Of a stretch of DNA of 64,000 nt, positions 23,859-33,800 are shown in pieces (within the stretch, counting starts at the first letter, position 1; the number at the start of each line of letters is the position of its first letter). Below the pieces are notes generated by a model that was not told where the DNA came from, ran no database searches, and saw nothing but the letters and a program-made list of their open reading frames with translations. The stretch is from the NCBI GenBank assembly GCA_040954595.2, contig CM082594.2, positions 7,088,840-7,152,839 on the forward strand. The letters run 5' to 3'. The stretch comes from Balanoglossus misakiensis (taxonomy: Eukaryota; Animalia; Hemichordata). Made by a program: the position numbers and the translations under genes.

Positions 23859-26233
23859 CTAATCCCTTTTCATCGTCTTCCTGTGAGAGACTCTGCCACA
23901 GCAACTATAACACACTTTGACGAGTGCGAACATCAGTATAGCCAAAGTTGCCAACACCAGTGCCACAACGTCGACCAGGTAGTACTGGAAGACATTCAAA
24001 TTGACCGCCTGTGATCGGAGATGTTTGCCACCATGTCGAATGATGTATTCAATCCAGAAGATGAGCGTTTCTTCGTGCGAAAGGGGTCTGTCCCTTTGGA
24101 TACGAGACAGGCGCACGGCGTTCTCTTTGTAGCTGGAATGAAAAGACAACAACAGTGATTAGTAAAATCAAATCAGACGGCTGGAATCTGACCAAGCATA
24201 ATATGTTATGGGAGAATTTCGCGTTTGATGTGGTGAATCTGCATTGATGAGTTTTTGGTGTTGATGATAACTCGCCTTCCTCCAGTAAAACTCCTACTTA
24301 CGTCGGATCTGTAGTAACCTCCGTGATTGCCTCGTACAAGTCCGCCGATGTCAAGGTTTTTATAGCCAAAACAATGGCCATGCCTCTGTCAGCCAGAAAC
24401 AGCACGTTGTCACTCTGGTCGTAGAAGAGAGGAATTCCGACAACTGGCACAGCGTGGTGGATCGCTTCGTGTACGCCGTTAACACCGCCGTGATAGATAA
24501 GAGCTTTAGTCTTTGGGTGCCCTGGAGAATAGAAATGTATTTTACGGAGATTGTGCGAGTGATAGTGAACACACATTGCCTGGCCACGAGGGCTATAGCA
24601 TCCATTTATTCCCCCCACCGAGGGACTGTAGGTTACCAGGATAGCACACTATTTCCCCAAGGGGGTATTAATTAACGGGTGCCATGATAGCGTGAAAATA
24701 AGCCAGCCAATATGTGTTTTTATAACGCAACTCGTTCCCTGATATGAACTCAGCAAATCAGATACAGCATGACCGGCCCTGAGGTCTGCTATGAAAAGCT
24801 TATTATTATAGGGAACGGTCGAGTTTTTACAATTGTGAACTTAGTTGTCACATACAGGAAGAAATGGTATTCAGTGCACAGCCATAACAACAGTCGAGTA
24901 AGATTTTTTACCTAACAAGTCATTCTGTGGAATCCAGTTCAGGAATGCGTATTTTGTACTGTTCAGAAGATACTGTGGTCGTCGTCCACCACCATATTTA
25001 ACGATCACCTTCTGTGGTATTCTGTCCAGGGCCTCGGCAAATCTCCTGAAATGGCTGCTCGTCATTTCCAAATAAGTGCCCAATGAAAATATTACAATAC
25101 CATCGTCTCCTGATGACTCGACAAAATGTTCTAATTCCTATAATTAAGAAAGACCCATCGCATGAGACTAATAATTCTTCCTGGCAAACTTTGCATGAAA
25201 TATCTGGGGTATAGACTTGCACTATGAAGTTCAATATTTTCCAATGTGGTTGATTTATAAAATCTGCAAATGAAAACAGGATTCGGTGGTGGTGGTGGTG
25301 GTGGTGGTGGTGGTGGTGGTGGTGGTGGTGGTGGTGGTGGTGGTGGTGGTGGTGGTGGTGGTGGTGGTGGCGAACACTTACTTTATTTAATGGTTTTACA
25401 GGTTCGGTGAGATAGCCAGCACCGAGGTAGACGACGTTTGGCATCAGTGGGCGAGGGTAGCTCGATGCTACATCAGTGTTGTAGAGGTACAGCTCCGCCT
25501 CGGCTTGTACGTCTCGAATCCCCAAATCTGGCCTGATGTTTTTCCTCCGTTTGACTTCGTCGAACTTAGCCAGGGCCATGCTGTAAGTGACGTGCCTCGC
25601 GAAGAAGTAACCGAAGTTGAAGACTCTCTCGAGAAAGTTCATCTTGTCGCTTAAGCCCGAGCCCAAGCAAGGCGTGTAGGCAAGGTTGTTCGGGATGTAG
25701 AACAGAGCGGCGTTTGAAACCGGAGCGATCCGTGCTGATGCTGAATGCAGAACGAACGGCCGATTCAAATAAATAGCCAACAAAGCACCGCAGAGGGACA
25801 GCTCGCTCGCGATGACCAGATCAACAGTTGTCTCTTCCAAACCCTTCAAGAAGGCAAGGTCATCGAAGAGATCGCCGCATGCCCGGGCTATACGCAAGTC
25901 ACACGCCGCGGTTTCTACAAACCCCAATATATTCCCCAAGGCTGCCTCCGTGAATCTTGTAACGCTAACGCCGTTCAAGAGCCCAGTAGTCGCGTAAGCG
26001 TGCTTCGTGATTCCTACTAAATCTCTCCTATCGGCAACATGACTGTAGTCAGTGCTGGCCACAACCAGACTCACGTTGTGACCCCGCTGGGCAAGTTGGC
26101 GGGTCATCTTTGTGGTAACTGCAAATAAGCTACCATGGCTGAATGTTGGCACAATCAGGATATTGCTCGTCGAAGAATATTGAAACGCTGTGAGAACAAC
26201 GGACATTAGTAGTAAAAGTTGAACGCCTGACAT
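23859..26233 (-). CDS. UDP-glycosyltransferase (GT1, UGT2/UGT3/UGT8-like), 523 aa, 4 coding exons: 26233-25382, 25137-24912, 24521-24302, 24132-23859
   Basis: Signal peptide MSGVQLLLLMSVVLTAFQYSSTS, then RGHNV, SDKMNFLERVFN, YPRPLMPNVVYLG and GIVIFSLGT. UGT signature [44 protein letters not shown]. C-terminal FWIEY..RHGG.HLR, TM, and KTMKRD end (ER-retrieval-like). All introns are GT-AG with consistent phases 0/1/2, and the 220-nt penultimate exon matches the vertebrate UGT layout. An acceptor at 26299 implies a non-coding upstream exon. Confidence 0.93.
24562..24810 (+). mobile_element. Decayed copy of the Helitron-like element at 26632-26927, in inverted orientation within a UGT intron
   Basis: 24575-24658 (attgcctggccacgagggctatagc...ggttacca...ctatttccc) aligns with the reverse complement of 26817-26896. 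Outer boundaries are approximate. Confidence 0.6.
25285..25370. repeat. (GGT)n/(CAC)n trinucleotide microsatellite, ~28 units, just inside the intron after UGT coding exon 1
   Basis: Directly visible. It begins 11 nt past the AAA|gtaagt donor, so the poly-His in the ORF track is intronic. Confidence 0.97.
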
Positions 26234-26631
26234 TGTCCCACGCTTCATAAAAATGTTCCTATAACTATTGAATGAAGATATCTTTGTAGTACATGTACCT
26301 GTGAATGGAAAAAATAAAGCTCTTTCAGACATCCGTAGACGTGGAGAACAGACGGCACTGACAACTATGTTTTGAGCGAAAAAGTGAACAGAAACAATTA
26401 TTATTAAGTTATTCAGGGTTAACCATGTAAAGTAGTTGCCAAGGAAAAATGTACACCATGATTGCATCTCTACTGACATGACAAGGTAGAAGACAGACTT
26501 TGCTCGACTGGTTTCGACTGGTTTGCAGATAAAGAGACCTGCCCCTTGTCACGTTAGCTTAACTTGTGACCGGTGTAAAGTACGTACGTTGGCTGGTCAC
26601 AGCGATCGCTCGATGGCCTTGGGTCTATGTA

Positions 26632-26927
26632 CTAGTTAAATAATAGGCCGTGTCTATTGACACGCGCGTGTCAATAGCCAGTGCTTGTCGGGCCGGCTAT
26701 TGACACGCGCGTGTCAATAGCCAGTGCATAGGGGGCCGGCTATTGACACGCGGGGACTTTAATATTCTCAAATTATTGCCGATTTTTGAAAACCAAAGCA
26801 CATTTCCTGCGGCCTCGGGAAATAGCATATGATTATGGTAACTCACAGCCCCTCGGGTGCAATAAACGGCCGCTATGGCCCTCATGGCCAGGCAATAGGT
26901 GTTCAGTATGTCATAAGTTTATATTGA
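26632..26927 (-). mobile_element. Putative non-autonomous Helitron (~296 bp) with a tandemly repeated palindromic 3' hairpin
   Basis: The minus strand reads A|TCAATATAAAC...palindrome...TATTATTTAACTAG|T. This gives 5' TC, 3' CTAG, an A^T insertion site, no TSD and a subterminal hairpin. A related copy lies at ~24562-24810. Confidence 0.55.
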
Positions 26928-27949
26928 TCGGTGACGGTGATTGAGTGCTCAGTGGCCTCACACTCGCCACAAATACACCGCCCAAGCATAGACATACAAG
27001 TTAGATGCTAAGAACTGTGTAGTTACGGTAGTTTTTGGTTCATGTCTGTATAGTATGTTGTTTGCCAGCTATTCTAACACGAGCGGAAAAAAATGGTGGT
27101 ACCTCATCAACATTTGAAACATGTCCAGGCCTAAAGCGAACCCTGTCTAATTTGGAAACACAGTCTTACCGAACACTTTTTCCTTTCCAATTGAAATACA
27201 TGTTAACAGAACCTCTATATACATGTACAAGACAACTCTGCAAACCGACCACTTTCTCCGATTTCCATTCAATTGCAATAATAATTGAAATCTCAATAAG
27301 GCTTATTGGTTGGTATTTCTTTGGCTTTTATTGTCGCAATACTCGACTTAACACACGACATTCGCATGCGGCCAGGGGTATGTGAGAAAAATAGAATCCC
27401 TCACTCAAATGACTTCCGAGGTTTTAGGCCTACAAACCGTTCTAATTGGCCACTCCCCCCCCCCCCCCCGAAAAAAAAGACAAAATTGTCAGTTGACGAT
27501 TTTGCTATTTTGTAATTGTAGGGACACCAGTCTTTTTGAACTTATTAGGCACTAACCTTTACTCTTCTGCAGTCACGTATTCGCCTTCAAGACACGTCCT
27601 CCAGAGTCGCGGAACCGTGTCAATGCTTTTGCTGCCTAGGTGAGTGGCGAAAATCTCGTATGGTGGACACCTTTTTCAAGCGATGTTGGGTGACCAGTCA
27701 TATACTGGAACTTTGCAACTTGAAAAAAAAGGAGACAAATACCCCATTCTAACAACGAAGACAGAACTTTTCAACTAGAAGTCATGAAATACACATCAGA
27801 CTAAACTGGCTAGTATAGTCTGCTGATGAGTGATTCCAGTGACTTGCGAAACAACGTTTTTCCAGCTACTCTTATTTTCATATTACGCTAGTGCTCTACT
27901 TTAATATCGAGCACTTTGTATCATACCAGTCAAAACTGCATAGTTCGTT

Positions 27950-28075
27950 CGTACATACATAGTTACAAGTACATAGATACATAGATACATACATACTGTA
28001 CATACCGTACATACATACATACAGACAGACAACACTGATCCCATATATCCCAATGGTATATATATACATATACCA
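27950..28075. repeat. Degenerate (TACA/TAGA/CAGA)n simple repeat
   Basis: Runs of catacatac, gatacatagatac and cagacagac. Confidence 0.7.
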
Positions 28076-29114
28076 ATTGATATGGGACCTTAAAAAGACT
28101 GGCCATGTATTTTGCAATTTCCGCAGGATATCCCAGTTTTATTCGGATGAAAACAGGTAATACCTTGTCAATTTTCAGGAGAAAAAAAAAACAATAACCA
28201 ACAGATAGATAAAATTATCAGAAATGCAAATATGTAATATGTGAATCATGGAAAGTAAAAATAAAACACAAAGTCTGTAATAAGAAATACACTTGTCTAA
28301 AAATATAAAATAATTTCACAATATAACAGTTCATACTACCACATTTTTGTCACAAGACACTAATTTCCACAAATATTGCAAATTTGCCTCCTGATATTTT
28401 TTGCAAAATTTTGGTGTACCCTCCCTTCCATCTAACAGAAATTTTATTTCTACCACAAATATCTGAATGTCTGAGAATATTTTACTTTCAGAAAAAACGG
28501 AATTATTTAATGACCTTGGTGCTGTACAAACAGCATTAATTCTTGTTGAAAAGACCTTTTGTCCACTTACACTAAAATAAATACATATACAGACACACAT
28601 TCGTTCAGTAAACAGCAATTAACATCAAGTATAACTCCAGTTTATAGTTAAAATATATCTCAAGTACTTATCTGAATCGTATGCATATTTTACTGTGCTT
28701 TTGCAGAAACTGCTTACAAAATGCGGTGTCTGTTCTAGAAGACTAAGTGTAGAAAAAGTACTTTTATCTCAAACTAGTGTCAGTGTAAACCAAGGTCTGA
28801 GATGGCACTCTGCGATCAACACTCTGAGACCTAGCTGTTCGCTGAGTGCTATCAAGCCTTAGTTTATATTGTGTTGAAGTTCAGCACGGCTACACTACAA
28901 TTTTGTTAACTAGTCTCAGTGAAAATACTTAGAATACATATTACTTGTTTTTCTGGCACAAACTAACATACGAAAAATATGACTGCATTTTAAGTGCATA
29001 TAGAATCATTCTACGGCCAGAAACTGCTATCCTATGACTGCTGCACACACGAACACGTCACATTTGACCCCAAACATGGCTAATCTGTTCTAAAACTCTT
29101 ATGATGCTTGCCCT

Positions 29115-29207
29115 TCAACCCTTTCACCCCCAGTTCTCTCTTTCATGGTCCAAGTTCACCATAGAGAACGTTGGATTTGGACCAAACCATGGTGGTGAAA
29201 AGGTTAA
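29115..29207 (+). mobile_element. piggyBac-type MITE family A, copy 2 (in the likely PCIF1 3' UTR)
   Basis: tcaaccctttcacc...ccatagagaac..ggatttggaccaaaccatggtggtgaaaaggttaa; 93 bp like copy 1. Confidence 0.75.
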
Positions 29208-30831
29208 ACATGTCTAACTATTTTGCTATCTAAGTCTGGTGACCATGGAAACTGAAAACGTTCTGTGGAATTTTTTGTGTGTGATTTTTAAAAAATTAGT
29301 TTTAATTCTATTTCAACTATTTGAAACGAAAACTGAATTTTTCTGAGTGCAATGTTGATGTAAAAGATTCTGAATACATACATAATTTCCCTGTTTCAAG
29401 CACACATATACAGAATTTACATATACTTTAAAAAGACTTTCATGGGCTCCTTCTAATGGAGCCACAACCCTTATAATGGTCAAATCCAAAAATATAGCTT
29501 CATCAATCTCCCCCACCAGAAAAGGGCAGACATCTCTATAGTAGATGAAAATACTAAACAACAATGTTCTTAGCTAGTGGTCATAAATTTCAACATTTAA
29601 GTGACTTGTAAAAATATTACAGTTCAACAATATTTAAGGTTTAGAAAAAAAACTCACAGCAATGACAAAAACCATTTTCAGTGGCTCTTGTTCTGTGTTA
29701 CAAGCTGCGACTTCAATGCATAAGCAAGTTTTGCCTGGCTCTCAGTTTCTCAAAAAATTCTCCTACACAACTAGATGATGTCAAGTGTTGCAGACTTTTC
29801 AAAACTGTTTAGAGACAATGAACGGCCCTGCAGTTCATTAACACAAAATTTCTATGATCCAGAGCTGTAGAAAAAAGCAAATATTGAAATACATGATAGC
29901 ATGCAAATCAACACACACATTTTCCACATAATTAGAAGCACATAGTATATGTATCTTGGGTAATCATGACTTTGAAAACAACAACATACTCATCTGATAT
30001 ATCTACATGAATAACTATGAAATGAAATTTCAGAATAAAAATGATTAAAAAACAACTTGGACAGTTAAGCCAAGCCTCTACATAGTCTAGTAAAACTGGC
30101 TTTCAATATATAATAATCTTTTTTTTTCAAAGCTCTTGAGAAAGGGCAAGGATTTGAAGGTAACTTACACCATCATTGGGCATCGGATTAGAAAAAAATA
30201 CATCTAAGTGAAATGTGGAACAATTTCGCTGGGAGCTTATGCAACTAGTTGAATTAAAAACAGGAAACAATATCAAGGGCACAGAAGTCTTACCAATGGA
30301 AACAACAGTAAAACAGTGCAAAAGAAAAATAACTTTTTGGGATATGTTTTTAATTTGTTATGGTGTACCAAGTATTCTGATTATAAACCCTTGGAATGGA
30401 TAAATGTTGAAATTTTTGATTGCCTTTGTTGCAAAACCAGATTTATTTTAAAAGATATGTTTAATACTATGTACATTGTCATTTCTATCTTTTATCAGTC
30501 CGGGGTGCGGTTACAACATGCTGTTATTACACCTGTGGCAAAAACAGAAGATCCGACCGTGAAATAACATAGAGGGCGCTACGCTAAACAATGGCGGTCA
30601 GAACATGTTCAGAACCCTGACAGCACCACCGATCACGTACAACTTAAAGCGCTGAAATTTTGATTCATCAAAATTAACTTTAGTCTTTTTTAACATCATG
30701 TTACTACACAGAAGAAAAGTGATTTCTTAGATGCTGTAGTTCATACTACAGAACCCTATATAATTCATCCACACTCCCGGTTCAAAATTTATCGGTCTCT
30801 GTTCAGAATTTTTCTCCGGCCTCTGCAGAGT

Positions 30832-33800
30832 CTACCTGGAAGAATCACTACTACTGCTGCTGCTGCTACTTGCAGTTCCGCTGTCGTTTCTCCGGCTGTT
30901 GTTGTTCCTGGCGTGGCCGCCGCCGCCGCCACCACCGCTGTTGCTGTTCACCACTTTGCTGTTGTCCGGCGGCCCCTTGTTGCCCACCGGTCGGAAGGCC
31001 TGCATCAGCGCTTCCACCCTCTCCGGCGTCGGACCCCACTTCTCGTACCCGGCGTCGTTTTGCAGGAAGAAGACCAGGGTGCCATGCACTGCTCTGTAGT
31101 ACAGCTCTTCACTGCAAAAATAAAGTCACGGTGTCAAACTCTCTTATTTTCACTTGTGACTGACATACAGAACCTTAACTGCTGAATGCTGCATCACTTA
31201 TCATATGCAGTCCATTTCGAATTATCCGGGTTGATATTTTATTAAAAAAGGTAGTACTTACTTTGAGCAAGTGTGTTGTGTTCCACTCCTATACTCGTGT
31301 TCAAAAGCCTGAATGACAGCTTGCTTGCGCTTATACCTATTTGGGAACATATAAACAAACAAAAAATAAACTAATTAAAACACGACCAAAGTGCTGCCAA
31401 CTCATATTTAATATTCATATGCATTAATATTCATGTCTGTTGCAAGTCATACCCATTCATTACACTTAAGTGCTCGAGTTATATTCAGTGTATGTGAACT
31501 CAAAATGGACAATGTCCACTGACCTGCTGGACTCCATTCGGACCAGAGCGGGCGTGGGAGGATCTCTCCACTCCGGTATGAAGACGATGAACGAAAGCGG
31601 GTCGTCTGTCTTGTGAAGCAAATCCTGTTGGAATAAAGAAACGACCCAAAAGATTAACCTCACACTGCCAAAATGGCTGCCCCTTTTCTGAAGAAAATTT
31701 TACCATTTTTTTTTGGCAAAGATGGTGTTTTCTGATTTGTGTACCAACCTCAAAGTGATCAACCATAGCTTCCATGAGTTCTTCACCGAACGGAGGATTT
31801 GCTTCAAATGACCCGCTGACTGGATGGAAATCCAAGATAGGCCTAGAAGAAAAGTCACACATGGCCACTGGTTTATCAACCTTGATTTAAATTTAACCCA
31901 TCATTGTATAACCCCCAGTTTCCCCTTCAGAAGTCTAACTTTACCATAGAAAACAATGGATTTGGACTAAACCATGGTGGTGAAAGGGTTAAAGGCCGAT
32001 GTTTTTATGACTGTTCTATGCAATGGGAAATTCGTTTTCTTGATAAATACTTTGGCAGAAAACAATGAAAACTGTGTAAATAGACCATATCATCACACAC
32101 AACAGAAACCTGTAATGACTGCAGGCACCTATAAAATGATACAAAAATATTTGGCGTAACATATTCAGCTAAACCACTGCACTTACCCCCTTGAACCGAA
32201 ATAGCCATCCACGTCGTTGTACGCTGAACAAAACTGTTTAAAGTAACAATTCAGCGGCGAGGCAAAACATTCAAACGTCACTTCAAAGTGTTTGTTTAAT
32301 GCTTCAAAGACCGGTATCGGCAACGCGCCTTGCAGTCCGCTGCCTTCATTCGCCCGAATACCAAACATCGTCTGAAAAGACAAAATGTGTGCATTAGATT
32401 TTGCTGACAATCATGTGGCTTCAAAGCTGCAAGGAACTGTTGGTATATATTCGGCTGGAGTACATTTACTTACTTGGTACCTCCTGAGAAGACACCACAC
32501 CCTACCCAGAAAGTTGTCGAACCGTGGATCATCTCGACAATGCATTTTGTACAAGTATTCCTGGTGAAAAAAGGGGAGAATAATACTTTATCATTGCCGA
32601 AAAACATTTGAAATGTAAACACCAACAAAGGACCAATCAATGAAAAAATCTCAGTAAAAGAATACAATTCTGATGCTGCCTGAAAAGAGATGCAAACTCA
32701 TTTTCAGACACTGAACCATTGAAATCAGAGCTGAAATTCACGAAACAAATGTCCACTCACCAACTTATGGAAGTGAGATGTATTGACCCGACAGACTTCA
32801 TTCTTGTACTTGAGACAGGTGAATTGATTGTCAACGCTGTACTCCACCGTCGGCAAACGGGGCGATGGCACTGCCAACATCACTGAATAGCAGTGCACTT
32901 TCCGCACCACGGGATCCCGATAATGTGGAATTTCTGCAAGGAGAAAATATGTGCGTTTCAGTCGGTAAAGGTCTATGTACTCTTTTTGTAGAAAAAATTA
33001 TCTGAAATGTCTGTGAAAGGTTACCTACACAGCCAAGAAATTTCACAAGCAACATCACAGATAAAACACTGGCCCTCACCATTTATGCCATGTTCTTTGA
33101 GTATTTCCCACTGCTTTTCATTGACCCGCTTCGCATATTCACACGACTGGTGATAAATCTTGCTGCAAATTCCTTCAACAGAAGACTTGGCTGCCTCAGT
33201 CAAGTGCGGGCCGCACTGCAACTTCAAGTGTGCGAGCCTTTCCTGCATTGGATCGTGAAAAACAGTCCTGTTAGCTTAAAAGACATAAATAGTAGCCTAT
33301 ATGAATTGCCCTGCAGATACCGGACACCGACATGTATCCAATCAAACATTTTCACTTGGATGGCCATGCAAATATATGCCAACACATGCTTGTTAGAACC
33401 CCCAAACACGTCCTATTCACCCCCGTATCCATCTGTAGAGGTCCAACTAAAGTATAGAAAACAATGGGATTGGGTTAAACCATAGTGGTGAAAAGGTTAA
33501 AATAAATCATTGAATCTAACCTGATATTGCTCCACACTTGATCCTTGATGCTCACTTCTCAGCCACTGAAATGTGTCCTGCGCATTCCATTTAACAACTT
33601 TTCTGCTTTCTGATGATACATTTCTGGCAGAAATAAAAAAAAAATTAATATTACAATATTTGAGGAAAGGAGTTAACCAATGCTGGGCAAAACTTCTTGT
33701 GTGATACTGTACTGATATTTTGTATTGTTTGGTTCTGTTAAAATAATTTTTTTTGGAAATGCAATGCTGGGAGTAATGGTGATAATGATGATGTTGATGG

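Noticed and set aside
24998-26479. 493-aa ORF taken as a single poly-His protein
   Set aside because: It fuses intron/UTR, UGT exon 1 and the following intron. The donor at 25381 and in-phase downstream exons give a normal UGT.
26560-26605. tgtgaccgg...ctggtcaca hairpin with a miR-2001-like start
   Set aside because: Stem only ~9 bp, and the sequence does not match beyond the seed.
26646-26752. Palindromic repeats with short spacers resembling a CRISPR array
   Set aside because: Eukaryotic context, only ~2.5 units, spacers short and similar to each other, no cas genes; better explained as a Helitron-type end.
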